Source: Candidatus Bathyarchaeia archaeon
GTDB lineage: Archaea; Thermoproteota; Bathyarchaeia; Bathyarchaeales; Bathycorpusculaceae
DNA: 32,131 nt
NCBI GenBank assembly: GCA_050010515.1
Contig: JBEKKX010000027.1
Coordinates: 1 to 32,131 of the forward strand
Direction: 5' to 3'
Shown piece after piece: positions 1-8,629 of the stretch. Both the position numbers and the translations under genes were made by a program. Below the pieces are notes generated by a model, which was given only the letters and a program-made list of their open reading frames with translations, did no database searches and had not been told where the DNA came from. Numbering within the stretch: the first letter of the stretch is position 1; each line of letters opens with the position of its first letter.

Positions 1-59
1 CAACCCTGCAGCCTCTTCTTTATAATCCACGCTTTCAGCTGATCTAAATCTCTATCCAA
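1..59 (-). CDS. 5' end of a gene running off the window (possible transposase N-terminus)
   Basis: TTG at 59 after a purine-rich GGAAAGGG opens MDRDLDQLKAWIIKKRLQG..., open to the window edge. It is reminiscent of helix-turn-helix starts of IS481-like transposases, but only 19 codons are visible. Confidence 0.3.
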   Translation of the reverse strand, partial: MDRDLDQLKAWIIKKRLQG

Positions 60-762
60 GCCCTTTCCACTCTTACGGTAGTATTAAGACGCGAGAGTGT
101 AAGGCATTTTCTAGATAGAACAGGGATTGCTATGGATAGTGCCTGTTGCTGTTGTCGTTATAGTAGTAATTTTCATAATTTTATATATGCTCAGTCACAG
201 AAAGAGTTAAGTTTCTAAGGTTTTTCAATATGCGGGGGGAGAGCTTTCTCCATGCATATTTTAAACTAAATTCTACAAATACTTACTTTTTAGCACTCTA
301 TTCTATCGTATAAATTATATTTAAACAGTTACGCTAATGTTTAAACCTAAAAAGCTTCAAAAAAAGAAGGAAAAATAGTATGGGAGATGAATCCACTTAG
401 GCATTTTCCACTTGAATATGACACACATGTATGCTGCAAAAAACTGAAGCCGTCAGTATCATCACAAGTAAGGTTGGCATGAGGTATTTACTAACTCGTT
501 TGAAGCTGCTCATGCTTAAACCTTACAATAGAGTGTCAATTTGCATATCCTTAATCTTTGTGATGAAGCATCCGCTTAGTGAATTCACTTGCAAAAAACA
601 GCAACAACTCTAAATTTAATCTGAGCATGTGCCGTTTAAATAAAGTTTATTTTTCACGATACTTGTTCATCGCTTTCATAGGAACTCTGGTAGACTTGTT
701 TTGTGAAGTCTTTTTTAAGAAGTCCTAGCATTAAACCAACCATAAAAAAGGAGAGAAAGAAA

Positions 763-1131
763 GTGGAACGCGCCAAAGTCGTGAAGGAAGAGTTACTTGA
801 ACAGGACACACGTTTTCTAGCCGTTTATGTGGAAGCAAAAAATTCATGCATGATAATGCTTAGCGAAAAAGAAGATAAGCTTGGAACCTTGGCAATCGCC
901 GTTCCAAAACCCGACATGGTTGGCGCAGCTACCTCATCAGTGCTTTTAGGAGATAAGAACGTTATTTCAGCGAGAATGTTCGCTGAGTATGTGGCTTCTA
1001 AGAAGGGAAAAATAGCCCTCGTTTCAGTTTATCTAGACAAACTTGACGAAATGCAAGCGCAAGCATTCTTCATGCACCTCGTAGAAAAACTGACTCAAGC
1101 TGAAAGCCAAAAGGAGCCCACTGCAACCTAA
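763..1131 (+). CDS. Proteasome assembly chaperone 4 (PAC4/PSMG4)-like protein
   Basis: LGTLAIAVP...SSVLLGD...ARMFAEYVASKKGKIALVS parallels the PSMG4 pattern LxxLAVAM...STSLLGD...LAQRLARKTxKQVFVS. Likely start is GTG 763 after AAGGAGA rather than 703. Confidence 0.65.
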   Translation: MERAKVVKEELLEQDTRFLAVYVEAKNSCMIMLSEKEDKLGTLAIAVPKPDMVGAATSSVLLGDKNVISARMFAEYVASKKGKIALVSVYLDKLDEMQAQAFFMHLVEKLTQAESQKEPTAT

Positions 1132-1174
1132 ACCTTTAACTCTAATTATATGGCAAAATTATGGAAAACCTGAA

Positions 1175-1669
1175 ATGATTAGCAAACTAACAACCGGCGA
1201 TTTTCAAGCAATCCTAACCGTGGTGAACAATGCCGCCATCGCCTATAAAGGCAAGATTCCCAGCGATAGGTGGAAAGAACCTTACATGTCAGCGCAAGAG
1301 CTTAAAGAAGAAATCCAAAGCGGAGTACAATTTTACGGCTTGAAGCACAACAATGTTTTGGTTGTCGTGATGGGAATTCAACCTGCCAACGATGTTACTT
1401 TAATCAGGCATGCGTACGTGTTGACAAGTTATCAGCGGAAAGGATATGGAGAAAAACTACTCAAACATCTACTCGGCTTAGCCGAAACATCCAAGGTTTA
1501 TGCGGGAACATGGGAAGCAGCAACCTGGGCAATAAAATTCTATCAAAGAAACGGATTCAAACTGGTTTCAACAGAGGAAAAGAATAAACTCTTAAAAAAA
1601 TACTGGAGCATTCCAGAACGCCAAGTTGAAACATCAGTAGTACTTGAACTAAAAAGGCAACTCCAATGA
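1175..1669 (+). CDS. GNAT family N-acetyltransferase
   Basis: Acetyl-CoA motif A YVLTSYQRKGYGEKLL and motif B AIKFYQRNGF. Its stop overlaps the sua5 start (ATGA). Confidence 0.9.
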   Translation: MISKLTTGDFQAILTVVNNAAIAYKGKIPSDRWKEPYMSAQELKEEIQSGVQFYGLKHNNVLVVVMGIQPANDVTLIRHAYVLTSYQRKGYGEKLLKHLLGLAETSKVYAGTWEAATWAIKFYQRNGFKLVSTEEKNKLLKKYWSIPERQVETSVVLELKRQLQ

Positions 1670-2727
1670 AAGAAACACTCCTCTTAAAAGTTGACTCAGA
1701 AAACCCAGACCCCGAAAAAATACAAATTGCTGCGCAAGTCATCCAAAAAGGCGGATTAGTGGCTTTTCCAACAGAGACAGTTTACGGTTTAGGTGCAGAC
1801 GCACTCAATCCAGACGCTGTCTTGGCACTTTTTGAAGCTAAAAAGAGACCCTTAGATAACCCGCCAATCGTCCACGTAGCAAACGCGAGCGAAGTCTACA
1901 GACTAGTACAAGAAGTCCCAGGGAAAGCTGAGTTGCTGATGAAAAAGTTTTGGCCAGGACCATTAACTCTCGTTTTCAAGCGCTCAAGCATAGTACCCAA
2001 CGTGACAGTTGCAGGCTTAGACACCATAGCGATTCGAATGCCAAAACACAAAGTCGCCTTGGCATTAATTAAACAAAGCAGTCTTCCCATCGCTGCTCCG
2101 AGCGCAAACCTTGCAGGCAAACCCAGTCCAACAACCGCCAAACATGTTTATGAAGACCTTAACGGAAGAATCGACGTCATCCTCGACGGCGGAGCCACAA
2201 GTATCGGTGTTGAATCCACTGTTGTAGACTTAACTGTTGATCCACCCATGGTTCTTCGTCCAGGAGGAACATCTTTTGAAGCATTAAAGAAAGTCCTCGG
2301 TGACGTGAGACTTCACCCCTTTGTTCAAGCTGAAGAGGAATTGCCGCTGGAAAAAATAAGGTCTCCTGGAATGAAACATAGGCATTATGCGCCTAAAGCA
2401 GAGGTTATTCTTGTTGAAGGAGGAGTTGCCGCCGTTACAAACAAAATAAAAGAGCTGTCAGAATCTTACAGGCTTAAAGGCGCAAAAGTAGGCATCTTAG
2501 CTACTGATGAGACACAAGCCGCCTACAAAGCAGACGTGGTTAAGTCTCTTGGTAGCCGCTTTAACTTGGCAGTTGTTGCTCAAAACCTATTCCGTTTATT
2601 GAGAGAAGTTGACGCAGAAAACGTTGACTTTATAATTGCTGAAGGCGTATCTTCCGAAGGAATCGGCTTAGCCATCATGAATAGGTTGCGTAAAGCGTCA
2701 GGTTACCACATTATCAAAGCAGAATAG
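1666..2727 (+). CDS. sua5: Threonylcarbamoyl-AMP synthase Sua5 (YrdC + SUA5 domains)
   Basis: VAFPTETVYGLGADA, KxRPxDNP, WPGPLT, APSAN, ESTVVD, SPGMKHRHYAP linker, C-terminal NRLRKA. Confidence 0.97.
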   Translation: MKETLLLKVDSENPDPEKIQIAAQVIQKGGLVAFPTETVYGLGADALNPDAVLALFEAKKRPLDNPPIVHVANASEVYRLVQEVPGKAELLMKKFWPGPLTLVFKRSSIVPNVTVAGLDTIAIRMPKHKVALALIKQSSLPIAAPSANLAGKPSPTTAKHVYEDLNGRIDVILDGGATSIGVESTVVDLTVDPPMVLRPGGTSFEALKKVLGDVRLHPFVQAEEELPLEKIRSPGMKHRHYAPKAEVILVEGGVAAVTNKIKELSESYRLKGAKVGILATDETQAAYKADVVKSLGSRFNLAVVAQNLFRLLREVDAENVDFIIAEGVSSEGIGLAIMNRLRKASGYHIIKAE

Positions 2728-2734
2728 CATTGGA

Positions 2735-3001
2735 TTATCTGTGGATGAGCGAAAGAAGGTTATCCAAACTTATTGTAGCTAAACAAAGGACGCTGTCAGC
2801 TGCGCCGTAATAAACAAAAAGACGATTATCCAAGATTACGTTACCACAACTAAAAACAACGTTGGGAACTTTGCCGAATCGTTCATAATCTTCTTTCGGA
2901 GCTAAAACGTGCTCTTTCGAGCGGTAAAGAACGTCTTCAGGATGATCCCGATCAAGCAAGGCAATGCCTAAAGAATACATCCGTTCCACGCTTACCCCGT
3001 G
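2735..3001 (-). pseudogene. 3' remnant of a GH130 (DUF377) glycoside phosphorylase/hydrolase
   Basis: HGV...YSLGIALLD...P...YERFGKVPNVVFSCG...YYGAAD matches the last blades of a GH130 propeller. The frame is closed by a stop four codons upstream of HGV, so most of the usual ~300 aa is missing. Confidence 0.85.
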
Positions 3002-3304
3002 GTGAAGGATTGCTTAGATTGCTACCAAACATGCACCGAAACTACAATAAGATGCTTGACGATGGGCGGCAAACATGCTGAACTCGAACACCTGAATCTC
3101 CTTATGGATTGCGCTAGAATATGTAATACAAATGCAGATTTTATGCTTAGAAACTCAACCTATTACCCACAAACCTGCGGCTTAACGGCTGACATCTGTG
3201 ACGAGTGTGCTGACATTTGTGACAGGTTTGATGATGGCTTCATGAAGGAATGCGCCAGCGTTTGCAGGCGATGTGCCGAGTCATGTAGAGAAATGGCAAG
3301 ATAA
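2999..3304 (+). CDS. Four-helix-bundle copper storage protein (Csp3/DUF326-like), probably 5'-truncated
   Basis: Repeated CxxC/CxxxC on helices: DCLDCYQTC, DCARIC, CDECADIC, CASVCRRCAESCREM. The start codon lies inside the GH130 remnant. Confidence 0.85.
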   Translation: MVKDCLDCYQTCTETTIRCLTMGGKHAELEHLNLLMDCARICNTNADFMLRNSTYYPQTCGLTADICDECADICDRFDDGFMKECASVCRRCAESCREMAR

Positions 3305-3597
3305 CCTATTTTTTTTCAATTCTGATTTTTGTTCCCGTATTACGTGTAAAGTTGTGATTTTTTGCCTCCAAGAAGTGTGGAAAGTTCAAAGCGAAAGCGG
3401 CAATATGATCATGTTAAGGAGTCAGAGCTTAAGCGGGGCGCATCTGAAGAGGATTCATAGCGCATTGCTGCAGCAACAACTAATAAAACTGTGCGAGAAA
3501 AAGGCGAAGAAAAAAGCTAAAGCGGCCTTCGCATAATTAATTTTACCTTTGCTATTCACAAGTAGAAACCAGTTAGTTACTTGTAGCGTTGCTCAAT

Positions 3598-3620
3598 GAG
3601 AAAAATTTATATTTAAATAT
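3598..3620 (+). promoter_or_regulatory. Putative BRE/TATA promoter of the thermosome gene
   Basis: GAGAAAAA followed by TTTATATTTAAATA, about 55-70 nt upstream of the likely start. Confidence 0.4.
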
Positions 3621-3672
3621 CTGATTGTTGAATTCCGTTTATAATAAAGAAAATAAAAAAATGGTGAAAAGT

Positions 3673-5349
3673 ATGTCTACAGGTGGAGGAACAGTCCCAA
3701 TTCTAGTATTAAGAGAAGGCACAGGCAGAACAACAGGCCGTGAAGCACAGAAAAACAACATCATGGCTGCAAAAATAGTGGCTGAAGCAGTGAGATCTAC
3801 GCTCGGTCCATGCGGCATGGATAAAATGCTCGTTACCAGCATGGGTGACGTTGCTATAACTAATGACGGTGCAACTATAATGAAAGAGCTTGACATTCAA
3901 CATCCAGCAGCAAAAATGCTTGTGGAAGTTGCAAAAGCTCAAGACAACGAGGTTGGTGACGGAACCACAACCGCAGTAATTTTGGCTGGAGAGTTACTCT
4001 CAAAAGCTGAAGGTTTGCTTGACAAAAACGTTCATCCCACAGTTATAATTGAAGGTTTTAAGAAAGCTAGTGAGAAAGCTCAGGAAATTTTGGATCAAAT
4101 AGCCATTCCCATTTCTATTGATGATGACAAAACCCTAAGGGATGTAGCCATCACATCTTTGGCTAGCAAAGGCATTAACGTTGCCGAAGAACACTTCGCA
4201 AAAATCATCGTTGAAGCAGTAAAACAGGTATCAGAAAAAATTGACGGCAAATACACAGCAGACATCGACCTAGTAAAAGTCGTTAAGAAACACGGTAAAA
4301 GCCTAGACGAAACAGAACTTGTCAAAGGCATGGTTATCGACAAGGAAGTTGCAAGCTCACAAATGCCTAAGATCATTGACGGCGCCAAAATCGCATTACT
4401 AAACGGCAAGATGGAGATTGAAAAAACAGAGTTCGACGCAAAAATAAACATTGAAAGTCCCAATCAAATGCAACTTTTCCTCGACGAAGAGGAACGCATG
4501 CTCAAAGACATGGTTAACTCAGTTACCAAGGCAGGCGCGAACGTTATCTTCTGCGAAAAAGGCATAGACGACATGGCATTACACTTTTTAGGCAAAGCTG
4601 GAGTCTTAGCAGTTAAAAGCTTAAGCAGTAGCGACATGGAAAAAATGTCAAGAGCAACAGGCGGCAAAATAGTTGCAAACGTAAAAGATTTGTCTGCTGA
4701 CGCTTTAGGCAAAGCGAAACGTGTTGAAGAAGTAAAAATTGGCGATGATAAGCTCATTTACATACGTGACTGCAAGAACCCCAAAGCCGTAACCATCGTT
4801 ATCCGAGGCGCATCCAACCATGTTATCGACGAAGCAGAACGCTCGCTACACGACGGCTTAAGCGTTGTAAGAAACGCTATCGAAGACGGCAAAATCGTTG
4901 CAGGCGGCGGCGCACCCGAAGCAGAACTAGCCAAAAACCTACGAGCCTACGCAGTTAAAGTCGGCGGACGAGAGCAACTGGCAGTGGAAGCTTACGCAGA
5001 AGCAGTCGAGGCGATACCGCTCACTTTAGCGGAGAACGCAGGCTTAGACCCCATAGACATCATGGTAGCGCTCCGAGCACAGCATGAGAAACCAGACAGC
5101 AAATACTTCGGCATCGAAGTTTCAACAGGCAAAATCAAAAACATGCTTGACCTGCTAGTCGTTGAGCCACTACGCGTGAAGCAGCAGGTAATAAAATCAG
5201 CCACTGAAGCAGCAAACATGATACTTAAAATCGACGATTTAATCAGCGTTAAAGGCGGCGGCAAAATGCCCCCAATGCCTCCAGGCGGAATGGGCGGCGG
5301 CATGGGTGGAATGGGTGGCATGGGCGGTATGGGCGGAATGCCCTACTAA
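3673..5349 (+). CDS. ths: Thermosome subunit (group II chaperonin)
   Basis: TLGPxGMDKM, [34 protein letters not shown] and a GGM tail. ATG 3673 follows GGTGA at 3663-3667. Confidence 0.98.
   Translation: MSTGGGTVPILVLREGTGRTTGREAQKNNIMAAKIVAEAVRSTLGPCGMDKMLVTSMGDVAITNDGATIMKELDIQHPAAKMLVEVAKAQDNEVGDGTTTAVILAGELLSKAEGLLDKNVHPTVIIEGFKKASEKAQEILDQIAIPISIDDDKTLRDVAITSLASKGINVAEEHFAKIIVEAVKQVSEKIDGKYTADIDLVKVVKKHGKSLDETELVKGMVIDKEVASSQMPKIIDGAKIALLNGKMEIEKTEFDAKINIESPNQMQLFLDEEERMLKDMVNSVTKAGANVIFCEKGIDDMALHFLGKAGVLAVKSLSSSDMEKMSRATGGKIVANVKDLSADALGKAKRVEEVKIGDDKLIYIRDCKNPKAVTIVIRGASNHVIDEAERSLHDGLSVVRNAIEDGKIVAGGGAPEAELAKNLRAYAVKVGGREQLAVEAYAEAVEAIPLTLAENAGLDPIDIMVALRAQHEKPDSKYFGIEVSTGKIKNMLDLLVVEPLRVKQQVIKSATEAANMILKIDDLISVKGGGKMPPMPPGGMGGGMGGMGGMGGMGGMPY
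5284..5340 (+). repeat. GGM-coding repeats at the chaperonin C-terminus
   Basis: Encodes [19 protein letters not shown] with synonymous codon variation. Confidence 0.9.
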
Positions 5350-5355
5350 AAACCC

Positions 5356-5417
5356 TTCTTTATTCTTTTTTAGTTTCAAAAACAATTTTTGCGTTGGTTT
5401 TTTGTTCAAGTTTTTTT
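5356..5417 (+). terminator. Oligo-T archaeal terminator region
   Basis: Several T5-T7 runs immediately after the thermosome stop. Confidence 0.55.
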
Positions 5418-5473
5418 AAGTAAACTTATTATTCAAACGCATAGACATTATTCGATATCTTGGAGACCCTGCT

Positions 5474-6211
5474 ATGAAGCATGTTAAGATTACGGCATTT
5501 GACTGTCCTGAAGCTTGGGTTCAAATGTTAAATAATCTGCGAACTGAAGGAGAAGACTTCAAAGTAGGTTATGGATCGGAGATTTCGGAAACCAAAAAAC
5601 TAAACACAACGATTGAAATATTGCATCCCGAAAATAGACCACTGCTTAGCGACAAAGCCCCATGCGACATGAAATACGTTCAGTGGTATGCGCTCACTTA
5701 CTTATGGTGTGGGGAAGGCAAGCAAGACGAAACCTACACTTATGGTAGTAGGTTAAGAGAACCAGTAGACCAAGTTGAAGAGGCTATAAAAAGGTACTTG
5801 GAGGAGCAACAGGACAGGCAAGTAACAATGGTTATTAGGTTGCCTCAGGACATTAGTAAAACTAATCTCAATACACACGAACCCCATGAACCTCCTTGTT
5901 TAAGTTTGATTGATACGGAGATTCTGGAAGGGAAAGTACACATGACATGCTACTTCCGCTCTTGGGATGCTTATGCTGGTTTGCCTGCGAATATTGCAGG
6001 GATTCAGTTGTTTAATGAGGCATTTGTCTCAGAAATTAACAGTCGAGGGAATCTTAACTTGGAGACAGGCAAACTAATTTTTCACTCAAAGAACTGCCAT
6101 ATATACAAACGGCAATACAAACTTGTTGAAGATTTGCTTTCGCCTCAAAGCAAAGCTAATACTGTACCGCGAATGGCACAAATCATGAGAAAAGATTTTG
6201 AGGAAGAATAG
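5474..6211 (+). CDS. thyA: Archaeal-type thymidylate synthase (ThyA fold)
   Basis: YTYGSRL, catalytic PPCL, FRSWDAYAGLPAN (Asn typical of dUMP specificity), HIY. Confidence 0.85.
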   Translation: MKHVKITAFDCPEAWVQMLNNLRTEGEDFKVGYGSEISETKKLNTTIEILHPENRPLLSDKAPCDMKYVQWYALTYLWCGEGKQDETYTYGSRLREPVDQVEEAIKRYLEEQQDRQVTMVIRLPQDISKTNLNTHEPHEPPCLSLIDTEILEGKVHMTCYFRSWDAYAGLPANIAGIQLFNEAFVSEINSRGNLNLETGKLIFHSKNCHIYKRQYKLVEDLLSPQSKANTVPRMAQIMRKDFEEE

Positions 6212-6390
6212 AGATCGCCGAACCGTCTGATTCCACAAATAGAAATGCCGAGTTATTTAGTGATGATCTTCGAAAGGAAATGTGCATAAGAGCTACAATG
6301 TTAAGAGAAACAGGTTATGTGAATGCTGCAGAGTACCTTACGACAATATTTTATAGTTTCTCAGCCTTAACTATACCTCAAGGGAAAAGT

Positions 6391-6900
6391 ATGAGCCACA
6401 CAGCTACATGGAAAGTCCTAGAGGACCTGATGATAAGGCTTCGAAAAAAAGGCGTTAGCTTACCACCCGAAGTTCTTAACGATTTAAGAAGCGCCAAGCT
6501 TATGATTAAAATTTCAGAAGCGGAAGGCAGCAAAGGAGACGCATCACAGAAAGTTGAAGAGTACCTCGGAAGCGTTGAATCGAGTTTAATTACTGAAGCA
6601 CAAAAAGTTTTGAGCCCTGAAACCGTTGATCAGTGGCTTAGGCGCTTGGAAGAAGCCAGTTTAGAAATATGCGAAGAGCAAGTAGAAGAAAACAAATTCA
6701 TCACAGGCGTTCCCAGAGACCAGAAATGGGTCAGGGTTGAACCCGTCGGAAATCTGCCAACCGAGCGAATACAGCAGTTCGCCAAAGAAAGCAACCTTTC
6801 GGTCAACCCGCAAAAGGATGGGCGACTAGTAGTCTATGGTCAACCAGAATGCATCAAAGAATTCCTCAAAAAAATGACTGCAGAAGCAATTAAAAAATAA
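6391..6900 (+). CDS. DUF2096 family protein
   Basis: WKVLEDL...L+KKG...P.EV..DLRSAK..I and VES.LI pattern of archaeal DUF2096. ATG 6391 is more likely than 6280. Confidence 0.7.
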   Translation: MSHTATWKVLEDLMIRLRKKGVSLPPEVLNDLRSAKLMIKISEAEGSKGDASQKVEEYLGSVESSLITEAQKVLSPETVDQWLRRLEEASLEICEEQVEENKFITGVPRDQKWVRVEPVGNLPTERIQQFAKESNLSVNPQKDGRLVVYGQPECIKEFLKKMTAEAIKK

Positions 6901-6998
6901 ATGTCAAATAACCCTCCAATAACGCGAAACCATGTTTAGAAAATGATTTATACTAAAGATTTTTATGAAATTATTAACACATATAAACGGTGAGATTT

Positions 6999-7244
6999 AT
7001 GAAATTTGCTGAGATTGCTGTTTTGCTAAGGGAAATTGTTGACAGCTGCCCAAGTTTAGATGGAGCCACCATCACGTTGATACCGCAGAGGGCTATGTAT
7101 CCATTATTTCAGGGATACCACATTAATATTAAGGCGAATTTTACCAAGGAAAGCATGAGTTCTTTGAGGAAAATAGTGGAAGGGCATGATTTAGTGATGC
7201 AGATAAAGTCTGATTCAGTAATAGTGTATGAAACTAGATCATGA
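6999..7244 (+). CDS. Small hypothetical alpha/beta protein
   Basis: GGTGA SD at 6989-6993 before ATG 6999. Globular-looking 81 aa that fills the gap between genes. Confidence 0.7.
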   Translation: MKFAEIAVLLREIVDSCPSLDGATITLIPQRAMYPLFQGYHINIKANFTKESMSSLRKIVEGHDLVMQIKSDSVIVYETRS

Positions 7245-7381
7245 TAAGGAATTCACTATTTGAGGGCTAAAGAATTTTGTGAGCGCTAAAGTCAGCAGTT
7301 TTTGTTTAATGATTGTTTTTAGTGTTTTTTGTTTCGATATGTTTTTTACGATAAGTCGCTAGTGCAGTATTGGGAACCATT

Positions 7382-8629
7382 TTGGTAAAACTCAAAGGAT
7401 TCCAAAAATTAACATTAACTGACCAAGCACTACAAAGCTGGCTCAGTGCACTGCAAATTGGAGCGCCCAAAGCTGCTTCTGTGTCTTTGCAGGATGCGTT
7501 AGGCCGTGTTTTAGCCCAAGACGTAGTCGCCCAACAGGATTTGCCGCGGTTTGACAAGTCAGCCGTTGATGGGTACGCATTAAAATCCGCTGATTCCGTT
7601 GGTGCTTCACAGTTTAAACCACCAGTTTTCCAATTAACCGAAAACCAAGAAGTAAACGATAAGCAGGCTAAGCAGGTTTGGACTGGAAACCCCATTCCGA
7701 AAGGCGCAGACGCAGTAGTTATGCTTGAAAACACCAAAAAACGCGAGGGAAAACTGGAGGTTTGGAGTCAACTTGCGCCGGGCGACAACGTTTCAAAGAA
7801 AGGCGAGGACACCAAAAAAGGCGACGTCGTGGCTAAGGCTGGGACTCGCTTGAACCCCTACCACATAGGATTAGCCGCTGCATTAGGCTACAGCCAGCTA
7901 AAAGTTTCCGAGAAACCGAAAATTGGCGTTTTAGCTACTGGAAATGAGCTTGCGGAAGTTGGCACGCAGCTTTCCGGCAACCTAATTTATGATTCAAATA
8001 AAATTATGCTTTCAGCCATGTGCAGAGAACTTGGTGCAGAAACAACTGATTATGGCATAGCCAAAGATAATGTGGATGAAATTGCTGCTAAAATCCAAAA
8101 AGCCCTCAAGGCTCAGGATGCAGTAATCACCACTGGCGGGACAAGCGTTGGAGGATTAGACTTGGTGCCAGACGCAGTTAACAAGCTTGGAGAACCAGGC
8201 GTTATTGTTCATGGTGTTGCACTTAGACCAGCGATGCCGACAGCTGTTGCCATGTTGGAGGGCAAGCCCGTTTTGATTTTGTCAGGTAACCCTGTGGCGG
8301 CAATTATTGGTTTTGAAGTGTTCGGTAGGCCGATGGTTTGCAGGCTTCTTGGAATGAGCAAAACGGAGCCAAGGCCAATGTTGAAGGCTACTTTAACCAG
8401 AAGGGTTGCTGGTGCGCTTGGAAGAAAAACCTACGTTCGGGTCCGAGTGATTCTGAGGGGCGGCGAGTTTTATGCTGAGCCAGTTAGCGCGAAAGGTTCA
8501 GGATCTATATCCACCATGACGCAGAGCAACGGTTTCGTGGTTATTCCTGAGAATCGGGAGGGCGTAAGCGAAGGCGAAACGGTTATAGTTCACATGTTTG
8601 GCAGTTTGGAGGCTGATGCGGATGTTTAG
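7382..8629 (+). CDS. moeA: Molybdopterin molybdotransferase MoeA (copy 1)
   Basis: LGRVLA.D, P.FD.SAVDGYA, TG.PIP.GADAVVM.E, TGNEL, TTGGTSVG, SGNPVA. Likely start is TTG 7382. Confidence 0.95.
   Translation: MVKLKGFQKLTLTDQALQSWLSALQIGAPKAASVSLQDALGRVLAQDVVAQQDLPRFDKSAVDGYALKSADSVGASQFKPPVFQLTENQEVNDKQAKQVWTGNPIPKGADAVVMLENTKKREGKLEVWSQLAPGDNVSKKGEDTKKGDVVAKAGTRLNPYHIGLAAALGYSQLKVSEKPKIGVLATGNELAEVGTQLSGNLIYDSNKIMLSAMCRELGAETTDYGIAKDNVDEIAAKIQKALKAQDAVITTGGTSVGGLDLVPDAVNKLGEPGVIVHGVALRPAMPTAVAMLEGKPVLILSGNPVAAIIGFEVFGRPMVCRLLGMSKTEPRPMLKATLTRRVAGALGRKTYVRVRVILRGGEFYAEPVSAKGSGSISTMTQSNGFVVIPENREGVSEGETVIVHMFGSLEADADV

Noticed and set aside
320-345. Palindrome as an Xer dif site
   Set aside because: It lacks the TAA-N6-TTA inner core of known dif sites. 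Kept only as a generic inverted repeat.
431-613. 60-aa ORF in the track
   Set aside because: No motif or SD, and it lies in an AT-rich region with stops in the other frames I read. Probably spurious or decayed sequence.
3639-5321. Several antisense ORFs within the thermosome gene (similar ones lie inside sua5, moeA, polB1, aglB, topA and xpd)
   Set aside because: Shadow frames of well-supported genes, with no independent motifs.
5284-5340. GGM repeat as a novel repeat element
   Set aside because: Ordinary chaperonin C-terminal tail.
5474-6211. ThyA homologue as a phage-type dCMP hydroxymethylase of a DNA modification system
   Set aside because: It keeps the Asn typical of dUMP-specific enzymes, and no modification or viral genes are adjacent.
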